Below, in pieces: positions 1-13,229 of a stretch of 64,000 nucleotides of DNA. The first letter of the stretch is position 1; every line of letters begins with the position of its first letter. The stretch comes from Cyanophora paradoxa CCMP329. Taxonomy: Eukaryota; Plantae; Glaucophyta. A program made the translations under genes and the position numbers. Below the pieces are notes generated by a model, which worked only from the letters and a program-made list of their open reading frames with translations, was not told the origin of the DNA and did not search any database. The stretch covers positions 992,001 through 1,056,000 of the forward strand of contig QPMI01000005.1 in the NCBI GenBank assembly GCA_004431415.1. The letters run 5' to 3'.

Positions 1-3000
1 TAAAAGTGGCATCACCGCCTTGAATTCTCTCCAAGATTCTATTGCAAGCACCGCGGACGGTGCTAGCAAGAAGGGGGAGTGGACGCCGTGAGGGCAAACA
101 GGGCAAGCCGCAAAATCAAAGGCTCGATTGCGAGCTCGAGCTCGTGGCCCGGCTGCGCGCGCGGCCCAGCGACGTGCCTTCGAATTCAAGGCTCTAGCTA
201 CGGGGCGACCCCGGCTCCAGCGCTAGCCTTAATTACACTGCACATGCTACTGTAGGCACAGCTCAGTCCCCCGAGCCCTCAGGGCCTGGGCCCTCGGAGA
301 GCGGACCCTAGCCTGATCATGAAGCCCATCTGAGCTTGCTGTTCGCACGAGCCGCTGAGCTTCAAAGGCTTTTCAGAAGCTCCGGTTCTCGCTCCGGGAC
401 ATCACCGGGTACCTGCCTGCAGGCTGCCGCTGCTTTCTCGTGGGCTCAAACACCAGCCCCGGGCTCGCTCAAGCTTCTGGCCACGAGCGTCAGCGCCGGC
501 CGCGGGGAAGCCGGCCGGCTCAAGCTCGAGCTCGCTGGGAGAGTCGCCGCTGCGGCCCAGGTTCAGCCACCAAGCCTAGCTATAGGCCATGAAGCCTTGA
601 GGCTGCAAGCCGCGTTACAGCTGAGCCTGTGACCGGCCCGGATCTCGAGTCTCAGATCATCGGATCTAGATCTAGAGGTCGCACACAAGACGCCCCTCTC
701 GCACTCACAGCCTTGAACTTGGGCTCCGTGGCTCGCGATCCGATGATCGCCAAGTTGGGCGTGCATGCCGCCAAGTGCCGCCGGGCCGATCATTACGCCA
801 GTGCCCCGCACGGCCGTCGAATTGTACCCACGGCTGGGCAGCAGCCGCCGCCAGGGTCTATAGCGAGGCCCATGGCTCGCCCTCGGCGTGCCACGCGTAC
901 GGTGCACTTCAAATCGCTTTTCGCAGTGCCGCCGTAGCGCGAGCTGCCAGCGTACTGCTTATCCGCCGGGCTATCATGGTATACCGTTTTCGCAGCAGGG
1001 CCCTTCGGGATCCGATGATCCGGCCCGCGAAACCGGGAAATTCACCCCGCACGAGCCTCGAGCTCGGCCGCGGAGGCCCCTTGCCTTCGACCCCCTACGA
1101 GTTTTCTTGCGGTGAAGCATGCGAAATTCGAATGACTCCGACGGCGCCGTGCTGGCGTCGCCTGCCGCTGCGTGCACAGCTGCAGCTGCCGATCGGCGTT
1201 GCAAGCACGGATCCAATTGCAACGCCCAGCAAGCACGGGTCCAAGCACGGATCCCTACAAGCTTAAGGCCCAGCCGCTGGCGGCGCCTCGCGCGCCAAGC
1301 CTGTCCCCTGCGGCTTCGATTCCTGGCCAGGGCCCCACAACCCAGCGGCCACGCGCTTCGCGGCTGCAAATCGCTTTGCATTCGCAAACCGAACTCGGCT
1401 GCAGCTGCAGCTGCACTCAGTGACTGCGGCAGCTGGGCACGGACTCAGATCGCAACTGCAGCTAGCGCTGACTACCCCGCGCCGTGGCACCCGGCCCGTG
1501 GCAGCTAATTCGAAGCGAAAAGCCTCCTCGGCCCCCCAAGCTGCCGCTTGAGCTCCTGCAACCCGCGGCCCTGGCCCAGTAGCGCGGCCTGGGGCTCAGC
1601 GGCTGGTCATGAGCCTCGGAGATCTAGCGAATGCCCTGCGAGCCCGGGCGCATGTACAGCGCCGGAACCTCGCGATCGCGTGCGCAGCCGCGGCCACGAT
1701 CGACTCGCAATATCGATCGGCGAGCTCGAGGCCCGGCCGCCGGGCGCATCACCCTCGCCGAATAGGCGCGCGCTTGGCTGCGAGCACCACGGCGGTGCTG
1801 GCGACCTGGCCGCTGAGTGGCCGCCGGACTCGGGACGCGCGAGGCTGCACAAGCCGACCGCCGGACGTAACCGCCGGCGCCGGCGCCCTGAGCCTCCTCG
1901 AACGCAACCCCGCTGCAGCCGTCCTCTTAAGCCTGCGCCCGCCGCCCCAGCGCTAGCGGCATATTTTCGCGACCGAGCGCGAAACTAGGTCCCAAGACTC
2001 CCAACCCGTGGCCGGCGGGCGCCGAAAGTCGCGATCACGCGGCCACGCGAGTGCCGTTTCGAACTCAAACCGTGGCCCTGATTCAGCCCGCCGACGCCTA
2101 GCACTGCGGCACCTCGGCACTCGTTAGCCACGGTCACGCGCACGGTCTCAATCATGAGGCCCGGCGCTCCGGGCCGGCCCGCGGGACCCAGTGAATCCGC
2201 GGCCCCACGTGCACTGGCCACGCGTACGGGCCAGCTGATCATGATCATAGGCCTTGCGGCCCAGCCTGCAGCTGGTGGCCCCAGTCCCAGCTGCAGGCCT
2301 GATCATGAGCGCCACCTAGCCTCGAAATTCCGAGCTCGGATCCGATCGGTGTTTGGCCGCGGGCGCTGCTAGCTATAGTGGCCCAGCGGACGCCGGATGC
2401 GAGAGGCTGCGCACTGCGGCAAGCAGATGAAACCGCTCGCCGCGGCGCCTCAAATGCGATTGCAACTGCGGCCCCCGAGGCTCTCTCGAGCTGGCGCCTC
2501 CGTGCCACGGTGGTGCCAGGCCTAGGCTGCCCGAAGGCTTGCCGATGACAAAGGCGTAGCGGATGCCCGAAGGCCTCGGCCAGCCTGAAGGCTTGCCGAA
2601 GGCTGCCCGAAGGCCTCGGCCAGCGCCAGCAAGCTGTTAAGGGCGTATACGTAGCGGATCCGCGTCCAATTTTTGCGTGCATCCAAGACAATCGGCTCGG
2701 CGATATGGCGAATCGATATCCGAGAGCCTGCAGCCGAGAGTCCGAGCCGACTCGGCGATAATCGATGTCTGATTGCGCACGCCTTCACCTGAAGCATATG
2801 GGCGTCCTGGGCGTACGGCCCCGGGCCGGGCCCCGCGAGCCCCGAGGCGGCCTAGGCCTGGGCCTGGGCGCCGGCTCGGCGGTCATAGCTCGCCTGTCAG
2901 CCGCTGAGCTGGCGTCTCGCCGAGTCGCCGGAGCTCAGCGAATTCGCGGCGAGCCTCGGCCTCGCGAAAACCCGTCGCCGGCCCGCGGCCGGGCAGACGA

Positions 3001-6000
3001 TCGCGATGAGACCGTCGAGCTTTAAGGCCCTAGATCTGGTCACGGCCGATGCCGACTCGGCGAGTTCTGCTCTGAGCTTGTCTCTCAAAGCCTAAGCTCG
3101 AGTTCAGCAACTTCAGCTTCGCCGCCGGGCCGTGCCCGAACTCGAGGCTGGCGCTCTAGGTTGGCGAAGCTACGGGCTAGAAGCGGCGAAAACCGCCCCG
3201 GCCGCGAGCTCGCTGAGCCCGCCGAGACACTAGTACCGCTCTCACTGATTGAGCATCTGGCCCCGCGGGCCGGAAGGCGCACGCAGCGCGGCCGTGAGTT
3301 CGGGCCTTGGTCATGAGCACCGCGAAAACGTCGGGCCGCAGCGCGAGCTCGAGCCTCGCCCCCGGCCCGCTTCATCAATATCAGATGATGACACTGCGGA
3401 GCAACGGGACTTCGATGCCCGTGCCTGCAGTCCCCTCCGAGGCTGCGCCGCAGCCCTGAGCCTCGAGCCCGGACCCTGGCCAGCTGTGGCACGGACCGTC
3501 GGACAAGCCTCGATCGATGCATCGACGGCCCCGGCCCGTCAGCTGTAGCCACACAATTCGCGGGACGGTGACTGGCGAATTCGAAGCCACCGGACCGGGG
3601 TTCGAATTCGGGACGACCGTCGAACAGGCATACGCATCCGCGCCGAGCCGCGCGCCGCGGCGCACTGCAACGCTGCGGCGAGGGTGGCTGAGCGGCGCTG
3701 GCAGCGCTATAGCTATAGCCCGTCCATTGCAAGAGCAGTGCTGCCGTTCCGATTGGAACCCTGAGCACCGGCTCGCCCGGCCGCGGCAAACTCAGCGGCT
3801 CCCAGCGCCCGGCCTCGCTGCACTAGCGCCAGCTGTGGCGCTAGCCTTGCCGCAGTGCCGAAAGTTAGATTTTCGCACCACGACATGGCCCTGGCAGCCT
3901 GCCCAGCGGCCCGCGAAACGCGATCGCACTGTGGCGAGGCGGTAGACCGGCGCATGCCATGATCATGATTATGAAGCAGCCAGCATGGGGTCCAACCCGC
4001 CTTGAGCTGGCGTTCACGTGCCGTGGCACTGCGGCACGCGCATGCCATCACACCGATCATGGTCCACGCGTACGTGCGCTTTCGCGCCGTGGCGCAGACG
4101 CGGCGCCTGTGCATGCCCCGTCACAGTGTCGCGCGGACAGGCCCGGGACCCGTCTCGGTGCACGTGATCCTTGAGTTCGATACGCTACTGAGCGATTTCG
4201 CTCCTGCGGCCGGCCCGGGATCTTATTCCCGGCAGTGGCGCGGCGGACCTTAAATTCTGCCCCGCAGCTCAGCCATTTGCGCACACAAATAAGCGTGGGA
4301 CCGAACTCGATACAGTTATCGATTTCGCACCCGACGGCGGCGACCCAGGATCTTATTCCCGGCAGTGGCGCGCCCTGAAGGTTTAGCCCGCAACGCCTGG
4401 CCCGCAGCCGCGAAACGTGGAAGCGCTGTCTCTGGCACGGGTCATGACCAACGCCACAAGCCGCAGGCACACTGGCACATGCAGCCGATTGCAAGCGCTA
4501 TGCTATGCAAAGCCGGCGCCGTGTTCTGAAAGCTTGACTGACGTGCGTGCACTCAAGCCTCGATCCCCTCGAGCTCGACGCTCGACGTGTTTGAGCCCGA
4601 CAGAGCGGCACTCGATTTAATCGCAACTTGGCGAAACGACGAGCCCTTCGATGCGCCTGGCGTTTACCGTAGTACGTATACATATACATATACGTAACCG
4701 GCCTCCGCAATCGCGATCGGCCACACCCTGGGCCCAATTCAAACCGAAGACCCCGTATCCGCGGGTCACGTGAGCTTGGATCGCGAAGAGCTTAAAAGCT
4801 AGAAAGCAGCTGCAGCTCGCGATCGGGAAAGAGAGACGGTCGTGGTTGTGCATTGCCACGCCATGGCACCGTACTTTCGAGCTGCATTCGCGAATTTCTT
4901 CGGCGAATAACGCCGCCCCGATCCATTCACGCGCACGGGCCCTCGTGGCTCCAGAGGGCCAGAGTTTTCGCAAATCCAAATGAAACCTCGAAGGTGGAGC
5001 ACCGGGGACGGTGCTTCACCGAAGGGGGGGTGGTATCGAGAGCAGTTCGCTGTGCTACGGCTTCCGCTCTTCAGCGGAAGAGGAGTACGTGTACGTGCAC
5101 AGACACCCGCTTCCGCTCTTCAGCGGAAGAGGAGTACGTACACCGGCGCCCCAGCAGAAGGCTGCCCCCTGGCCAGACGCCAGAGCACCTCCCCGATTGG
5201 CGTGTGCCTGCCACCATGGCACGCCCCGACTTTCCCTCTTCAGCGGAAGAGGAGTCGGGATCACTGAGTCAGACTCGAGTGTGCATGCACAGTCGCGCCG
5301 GCTACGGATTGGAGCTGCGGTCCGTAGGCTGAGCGTAGGCTGAGCGACGTCGACTGAACCTAGCCAAACTGCAACCGCCCTGAGGCCTTCTCACACGGCG
5401 GCTTGCCGGGATCCGGGTCTCGCCCTTGGCGGACCACCCTCCGCCTCAGAAACCCATCGGTGGCGGTGCTACTGGGGCTGACGGCCCTCAGGCCCTGTTG
5501 TCACGCGCACTGCCGGTGACCGTGTCCGGAACGGACTGGCAAGTGCTGTTTCGACAGAGCTTGAGAGCCCAGCTACGGCCAGTGCACCGTTCTCACTACT
5601 CACTGATGCGGCATTTTAAGGAACGGAATCGGATCTCAGCGGCCGACTGCATGCCGTGTAACGATGCGGCTATGCGCAAACAGGACTCCCAATATCTCGA
5701 GGGTCTCGGCACCGTGAACATGCAGTCTCACGGATCGCTGCAGCACCCCTTCCTGCGATCATGGTCCGTCAAGCTCGTCAACGAGCCTGGCTAGAGCCAG
5801 ATCACAGGAAGACCAGGCCTAAGGAACGACCGATGGGTTTCGCGGCCAGCACGCGTGCCATGTCTTGACGATGGCCACGTCCATCTTGAGCATCGTCGTC
5901 TGGCTTCATCGCCAGCAGCCGAGCGCAAGCGCTGCCATGCACACCGCGAGAACGAGGGCTCGGTCTCGGGTCCTCGCCCCATCTCGTCCAAGGCCATAGA

Positions 6001-7510
6001 TATATGCATTCCCTACGCTCCCTGCGCTTCTTACGCAATTCCCTATGGGAACGTTAACGCTAGCGCGCGTGAATTCGAAGCCACGGGATCGATATTGTTG
6101 AAGCGTTGACGTTGCTACCCTTAACCGCCGCGCGGCTCAAGGGTCGGCCGTCTGAGCGTGCACCCGTGGCCACGCGTACGGTCGCCGCTCGACAACTGGC
6201 CGCCCTTGGATCGCGATCGAGATCGGAGGCTCAAGTCAACAATTGCGAGTCAAGACGGAGGACTGGAGTACTCGGAGGTACGGGCGAACCTCTACCAACC
6301 ATCCTGAACAAAACCCATACTTCGCCCCTACTGTCGGCGCCGAGGATCCCAGGAGGGGATGCCGAGGGCGACGCTGTGATCGTGGTGAGATGTGGTGCGG
6401 GGGCAGATTTCTTTGCCAGCTTTGCCTCAGCCTTGTCCTCTCTCGGAGACGTCGGCCGATCACACTTGCGCTGTCTTGTCGGGCCAAGTGTGGGTCGGTG
6501 GCGTGTTGGCTCCTTGACGACTTTCGTTCCCTTTTCTGGAGCGTGGGCCCTAGAGCTCAGAGGAGTGGTAGAGTGGGGCTTCGTTGGTGCACGGCCCCAG
6601 AAAGGCGTGTAGTCGGCGGCTCACTCTATCGTGCCCCGCTCTTTCGTTGGGCCTGATGGGTGGCCCGGATACCTCCTCGTTGTTTTCTTCCGAGGCGGTG
6701 AAACTTCCCATCCGTGCCCCTCTCCTGCGGTGCTCGCCGTACGGAGCGAGTTTCGGGCCAGTATCACTTTCTGCGATTTTTATGCTTTTCTGCCCTTTCC
6801 GAGCTTATCGCACGCACGCACGCATATGCATGCTCATCCTCACCCTGCCTTGCCTTGCACACGACCTGGACGACCTGGACGGGATCGACCTGGACGGGAT
6901 CTACCTGGCCTTCTCCCTGGCCTGCAGCTGTCTGCATTCCTGCCCCCCGGGCTGTGGCTCAGGTTCCTCGTCTTGGGGCCTGTCGGTGCCCTCGAGCGGC
7001 GCACCCATTGGCGGTGTTGGGGACGCTCTCTTGCGGTTATGCCGACCCGAGTCACGGTTTGACTGGCTACGTCGCGCGGACGCGACGTCAGCGGAAGAGG
7101 AGTTGTCGCATGGCTCGATTCCCTGGCCTCGCGGTGACTTAGTGACTAGAGCTAGTTGGTGCCTGACGCAGTCTACGGTGCCTTAGCATAGTCTCTCTTC
7201 CTGTAGGTTTACCTCGCGGTAGCCTACGCTGGCCTGCCTCTACCTATCCTAGGGGTACAGTGTCAGTAGTCTTCCGGGTACACAGAGAATACACCAGCCT
7301 GCATCTACAGCTGCTCCAGCACAGGGAGCCGGCCCCGCGCTGGACCGCGCGGGCGCCCAATCGGGTGGGAATCCTCCTATCCGACAGTCCGCCTTGCAAT
7401 TGGGCCGTCGATGCCGACGTCCGCCGCCTCAGTCAGTCCCTGCTTCTAATTCTGATCTTTTTGTGGTCGTGAAAATTTCTTGCGGTTTATCTGACGCGGC
7501 GATCATGCAG

Positions 7511-8678
7511 ATTACTTTGAAGCGCACCGCATTCGCGTACAATAAAATCGAGGGCGGAGACGGTGTCGGCAGTGGCGGGGCTGCTAGCATCAGAGGTCCC
7601 GTGGACGGGGTTTTGGCGAGCACTGTTCTGGTGGAGGGATGCTCTTTTGCCGCTAACCAGGTGCGGCGTTTCCAATCAATAAAAGACACATTCATTAACA
7701 CAATTCGTTAATCCAGGCTCCACGACTCGGAGGGGCGCTGCATATTTCTGGCGTTTCAACCACAACCGTTCTCGCTTCCAACTTCACAAGCAATGGTCTG
7801 TCGTGGTGCCCGCTGGACTGCAGCAGCGACGAGCCGTCCTCGAGCGCCGTGGCCGGGATTCCATTCGGAGGAGGAGCGCTGTACATTGCCGGCCGCACGC
7901 GGGATCCGAAGAGTATTGTAGAAGTGCGCGATTCGATCTTCCTCAACAGCTCGGACACGGCGTGCGGAACAGAGCTAGCTGTGGGCCTGGGCCAATCCTT
8001 TGGCGCCGATTCCGGAGGAGGCGCCATTCTCGGACAGCAGCTGCACCGGTTCTCGATCACGAAGACGGACTTTATCGGCAGCCGCGCCGTCGGATCCGGC
8101 GGCTCCGTTTTGGTCGCCGGGTACCCGTCTCCGGGTGAGGAGCCGGACGTTGACGTCCAGGCCGTGCGTTTCGAGAACAGCAGCTGCGGGACGGACGGAG
8201 GGGCGCTCGCCGTGCCGGAGTACATTGCGAGATTGCAAGTCTCAGCGTCGGAATTCGTCCGTTGCAGCAGCCTCGGCGCTGGTGGAGCGCTGGTCTCCAA
8301 GGCCGCATCGACATCGGTGGAGGGCGCGTCTTTCTCCGAATGTGGAGAGAAAGGCTGGACGCAAGGCGGCGCAATGTACATCGAGCATAGATCGTCGACA
8401 ACGATCAGGCGGACGTCGATTGCCGGGGGCCGGGGCCGGCAGGCGGGCGCACTCGTTTTAGCGGCAGGCGCCGCCGGCTCGTCCGCCAACTCGCCCTTCG
8501 CCGCTTCGTCATCGAAATGTGGCGCAAATGGAGGTTCCAGCACGGCTCAGGCTGACGGGCAGGTGCTCATGGAAGACGTCGATATCACAGATGCTCAAGC
8601 CACCGACTACGGCGGGGCGCTGGTGCTGAAGGGCCGGCTCATTCTCGACGGCCGCGCGCTGCGCGTCAGCCGAGTAAG
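7511..8678 (+). pseudogene. 5' visible part of a large surface/membrane protein gene with parallel beta-helix (Pmp/POMP-like GGA[I/V]..F..N) repeats; interrupted by a LINE
   Basis: ORFs 7394-7711 and 7849-8709 contain GGAASI, GGALYI, GGAILG, GGSVLV, GGALAV, GGAMYI, GGALVL with FxxN/FxxC spacing. Intron GTGCGG..ATCCAG at ~7661-7716. The frame ...GRALRVSRVS continues as SGIKGGGIYVDS after 22468. The true start codon was not identified. Confidence 0.85.
8662..8678. repeat. Left target-site duplication (17 bp) of the LINE
   Basis: CGCGTCAGCCGAGTAAG is identical to 22452-22468. Removing the element and one copy restores the host reading frame. Confidence 0.97.
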
Positions 8679-9254
8679 TTTTTTTTTGCAAAAGTGGACG
8701 TCGCATTGATACACCACGGCACATGTATCAATGTTCTACGTGACGCGCCCTTCCGACCGGTCATCTATCTAGCCGAAGATGCTAGCGAGGTGCCGGCCAT
8801 GGGTCGCTCAATATGGGAGGTTCGCCTGAGTGGGGGAGCCATGGTTTTCGGGGATAGCCGTAACCAGACCCGCGCGCCCACCCCTTGATCAACTCCTCCA
8901 TCCCTCATGAGCCCTGGAAGTGAAATGTCTCGCAGTCCGCCGCCCTCCCTTGTCGCCGCTCCGCCACCCCTCCTCCTCCTCACTCTGCCTCCTCCCTCCT
9001 CCTCACCTGCGCCCCAGGACCCCGATTAATCGGTGTCCCGTTCTGTCAAGGTGAAGAAGGTGGTAGGAGGAAGATATGAGGAAGGAGAGGGAGTGGGCGG
9101 AGGCAGCGGTAGGGGGTGGGCAGCGGATGCGGGGCAGGGCAGGGAGCGGTGCCGGGACGGCAGAGTGGAGTGAGCGTGGGCACTGACAGGCGGCGCAGAG
9201 AGCGGGAGTGCGGAGGCGAGGCGGGTCGCGAGGGGTCGGGAGGGGTCGGTCTGA

Positions 9255-9395
9255 GTAGGGGGGTGGCCGAAGCCAGAGGGGTGGCCGAGGCCGATGGGGT
9301 GGCCGAAGCCGGGGGGGGGCCGAAGCCGATGGGGTGGCCGAAGCCGAGGGGGGGCCGAAGCCGAGGGGAGGGCCGAAGCCATAGGGGTGGCCGGA
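9255..9395. repeat. ~18-bp minisatellite (GGGGTGGCCGAAGCC..) near the LINE 3' end, ~8 units
   Basis: Repeated GGGGTGGCCGAAGCC / GGGGGCCGAAGCC units. On the - strand they read GFGHPx / GFGPPx. Confidence 0.8.
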
Positions 9396-10814
9396 GTCAA
9401 CGAGGGGTTCGGCACTTGTGAGTCGGTTGGGGCTGGGGGAGGAACCGTAGGGGGCCGCGGGGCGGCACCGTGCGGGGTCCCGGTCGGGGGGGCCGGCTGA
9501 AGCGAGGAGGGGGGGGGAGGGTCGGCTACTTGAAGCGTCGTTAGTGGTTTGTACACTCCAGGTGCGAAGAGGGACGTGATTGTGGGTTGTCCAGCAGGTA
9601 TCGACACCGTTCGCGCTTTTTTGGTCCCGCGCTTGGGGGTCTTGCGACCGGCTGCCTTTCTTTTTGCCGTAGGTACGGGTGGGGCGGGTGCAGAGGCGGG
9701 AAGGGGAGGGGTCATGGGGCGCGGGCGTTTGGGTGCCGGGGCGGGGGGAGTAGCGGTTGTCCGTTTGCGTGAGGCAGGCGACGGGCGAGTTCGTTTCGAG
9801 GGAGGGGCCAGGGGGAGCGTTGGGGCGGGGCGCTTGGAAGGTTGAGTAGCGGACGTAGGGCCCGCGGGCCGAGCGGGCAGGGTGCCATTGTCGGGGTTCT
9901 TGTGGGAAGGCTGCGTTGGGGGTGCAGCAGGTTGGGAGGCAGGTCGAGAGTATGGGGTGGTCTCTGGGCGAGCGGGGCACTTTCCCCGTCTGGCGTCGGA
10001 GTGGGCCTGGAGGGCAGCTGCGGAGGCAAATTGGGTGCCACAGGTGCAAGAGAAGTCAGATGTCCCGGCGGTGGGTCCTGCATCGGGCGGTTGGGGGAGG
10101 AGGGGCCTGAGGGGAGGGGCGGCCTGGGGTGAGGGGCGGCAGGGAGTCGTGCTATTGCTTGGCGGATATTTTCCAGGAGAACCCAGGGTTGGCCTTCCGA
10201 GTCCAATCCGCAGCAGAAGTCAGTGATGGAGATGGTATCATGGAGGGAGGGGGCGGGGGGGGGCGGGGGGGGAGGGGAGGGACTAGGCGGCTGTACTGGC
10301 GGCGAGCGGGAGGGTTTGGTGTCGGCATGTTTGCGGTATCGACGTTTGGTTCTGTCAGTGATGCCTTGTCGGAGCTCCCAGGCGTGGTTGCGGGCGCAGC
10401 GGTCCCTCCAGATCGCACGGAGGTGTTGGTCGAGGAGTAGCGCTAAATCTTTTTGGATTGACATTGTGGTGGTCTTGTTGATGCCCAGGGCTGCGCAGAG
10501 GGCGGGCAATCCTGCCGGGGTACCGAGGCGCAGGAGGGCAGGGGCGGGGAAGGGGAGTATGTCAGCCAAGGCCGGGCTAAGCTTTGTCCATAGGGTATCG
10601 GTAAGACCTGGGGGGCGGAAAAGGGCCGGATTTTCGGTGGGGGAGAGGAGGGCGGAATGGAGGGGAGAGGCGGGGTCAGGGGAGACGAGGCGGAGGAAGG
10701 GAAAGAGTTGAAAAATAGTGTCGTCGTGTCCTAAGGGTTTGGGCGAGTGGCGGAGAACCCGGGTGCGGAGGAAGGTCACGAGTGCATCCTGGAAAGCTTG
10801 GAGGAGGAGGCGAG

Positions 10815-11130
10815 CGGCGGGGCAAGTAAATATGTGAATGAAGTCTTCGGGGGGGTGGGTTGTAGGGTCGGGCTGTCTGGGGTCTGCGGCTCTCGGTGGG
10901 GAAGAGGGCGGGGGGGAGCCCGGGGGGGTGCACGTGGCAGGGGGCGGGGAGGGTGGGGGTGGGGAAGTAGGGTCCTCGGGGACTGGGGCAGGGGTGGGGG
11001 GGAGGTGACAGAAGGGGCAGTGGGCGATACCGTCAGGAAAGAGAGGGCCGTATAGGTCGGGGTCGTGGAGGAGGCGGACGGTGAGGGAGGGGAGGCCTCC
11101 AAGAATGCACTGGAATCTGACTTTGCGGAG
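10815..11130 (-). CDS. zf-RVT-type CCHC zinc knuckle of the LINE polyprotein, with a Pro-rich insertion
   Basis: GGLPSLTVRL..CPFCH..(Pro-rich)..PEDFIHIFTC, followed by an IWRDRC motif typical of L1-like ORF2 C-termini. Confidence 0.8.
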
Positions 11131-11449
11131 GTGATCGCCTGTGGGGGTACGGCGGTCCGGTGGCTTGTCGGACACGAGGGAGAGGGCTGGGGCGAGGGTA
11201 ACGTGAGGATTGCTGAGGACGGCCCCCGCGTTGCGAAGCTGGCGCCAGTCGAGGTATTGGGAGAGGGAGGCTTCGGCTAGGAAGTGAGAGCGGGGGTCCC
11301 CCTCAACGCGGTATGCATGGAGTCTGCCTCTGTAAGGCTCGGCTCCTGGAACTGGGCCTTGGGATGACGGGGGCGGGAGGCCGACGCGGATGAGGAAGCA
11401 TTTGAAACTGTGAGGAATGAAGAGAAGGGCTGAGAGGGGGGCGTCTGGG

Positions 11450-11495
11450 GCCGTTTTGGCGAGCTTGTCAACGGCGTCATTGTGGCAGTTGTCAG
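11450..11495 (-). CDS. RNase H, C-terminal helix carrying the fourth acidic residue
   Basis: NCHNDAVDKLAK matches the GNExADxLAK RNase H signature. It lies in ORF 9712-12768(-), ~3.6 kb downstream of WVPSH. Confidence 0.75.
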
Positions 11496-11989
11496 GAGTA
11501 TAGGCTGGGTTCGGGATACGGCTCTTGGCCGGGGTCCTGGCCGCCTCTTTCTTAGCGGCCGTTTTAGATGCTTTGGCGGACCGTGGTGGCGGCTGGGCGG
11601 CGTCGCGGTGAGCGGCTTCAGCTAGGATGGTCGCCGCCTCGAGTGGGGTCACGTGGGACGGCCGGAAGAGACGGCGTGCTGTTGCGGAGGCTTCGTTGCG
11701 GGCCAGGTCGGCGAGCTGAGAGGCGAGTTCTTGGGCGTAGCGAGCACCGGGAGGGAGGGGGGTGGCGGGCCCTGCAGGGCGAGGCGGGGTAGACTCAAGC
11801 ACAGTTGGGGAGCGCGGGAGGGCTGGGCGGTCGGGGGAGGGTGGTGGGGAGTCGAGGGTAGGGAGGGTGCCGCCGGTGGAGACCGGGGGGCGGCGTGGCG
11901 GTCGGTGGCGCCCCGGGAAGGTCGGTGGGGGTCTGAGGGCCGGGAGGGCAGGGCCACAGCATATAGGGTCGAGGGTGACGGACCCGTAG

Positions 11990-12715
11990 CAGAGGCTGAG
12001 GGCAATATATTCACGGTATCTGCGGAGCGCAGCATTGTCGACCTGAATGTAGGCTGGGGGGCGGGGCAGGTCCGACGGGGCAAGTGCTGAGGATCGGCCG
12101 GAGCGACTGAGTAGGTCAGCTGTGAGGAGGAGGAGAGGGCCGCAGGCCGTGCTGTTGGGAGGCTGGAGAACGGAGAGGGATGTCTCCGGGCGTAGGTAGG
12201 TCCATCTGCAGAATGGAGTGAGGGGGAGGGGAGAGCCAGAGTCGCGTTGACTCCAAGTGGCCGCCAAGTCTTGTGCAAAGGAGACAAGGTGATCAGGGAC
12301 GTCGAGGGAGCCGTTGTGAATGTAGAACGAGCGCGTCTGAGGAAATAAAGCAAGTAGGTGCCAGTGTCCCGGGGGGCCCTGAGGGTGCCGGGATCTGCCT
12401 GAGGGAAGGGTCGGCAAGGGGGCTGGTGGGGCATGATGAGTGGGGCGATAGGTAAGGATGGGGACAAGGACGAGGCGGGCATCGAGAAGGCGTCCGGGGG
12501 GAAGGTAGTGGTGCAGGGGGAGGGGGGCAGAGCCCCGAGAGTCAAATTGAGAGGCTGCACTAGCGGGGTAAGAGCTGGACGACAGGAAGTAGGTAGGGTG
12601 AGGCGAGGCCAGGGCGGCTTCGCGGGAGGAGAGCATGTCAAGGAAGGCTTCCACGAGGGGGAGGCTGAGGGCGGCATTCGGCCGGAGGTGGATAAGGTCG
12701 CCTCGTCGAATGAGG
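11990..12715 (-). CDS. Ulp1/SENP-like (peptidase C48, clan CE) cysteine protease domain with intact catalytic residues
   Basis: DLIHLRPNAALSLPLVEAFLDML..TYFLSSS..LVLVPI..GHWHLL (His 12364-12366)..FYIHNGSL (Asn 12313-12315)..LQPPNSTACGPLLL (Gln 12163-12165, Cys 12142-12144). Confidence 0.82.
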
Positions 12716-13229
12716 GAGTGGCGGTGAGGGTCAGGTCGGGGGGCGGGTGGGAGGGGGGGTTTCGACATGAGAGTTTGCTCCGCGCAGTAATCATTGTCTG
12801 CAAACCGGAAGGCATTCCCCAGCCAACTTTTCTCCGCCAGCGCTAGCGTCAGGGGGCGAGGGAGGGGAAATTCAGTCGGGTGAGCGGGGGTTCGGCCTGG
12901 GGAAGCAGTTGGTCGGGCCTCGGGCGCCGGGGGGCGTGGGGGTGGGGGAGGGCAGGGTGGGGGGGGGTGGGAGCTGCGGGGAGGAGGGAGGGGAATTGGG
13001 GACCGGGGGTTACCGGTGTAAGGGACGGGGGGGGGAGGGGAGGACGGAAGGGAGGAGGGGTGGGGTCTCGCTTGCGTCTAACCGGACGGCGGGCTTTGGC
13101 TGCCGTGTGCTGGGAAGGGCGGGAGCTGGTGCGCGGGGTCATGCGCTGTCGTTTTGTTGTGAATGCCGGGTCGTTGGCCTGGACTGTCCCCAGGAGGACC
13201 TCAGGGTCCCGGAGAAGGAGAGCGGCCGC

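Noticed and set aside
100-4900. ORFs of 60-230 aa at the start of the window
   Set aside because: Palindrome-rich low-complexity DNA with Arg/Ala/Pro-biased translations in all frames and no coherent exon pattern.
5060-5260. CRISPR-like palindromic direct repeats
   Set aside because: Only three copies with very unequal spacers (~18 and ~90 bp), no cas genes, and a eukaryotic context.
9700-10820. Assignment to Dualen/RandI (APE plus restriction-like endonuclease)
   Set aside because: No convincing PD..D/ExK RLE motif after the CCHC knuckle, and the protease type and position differ. An RT phylogeny is needed for clade assignment.
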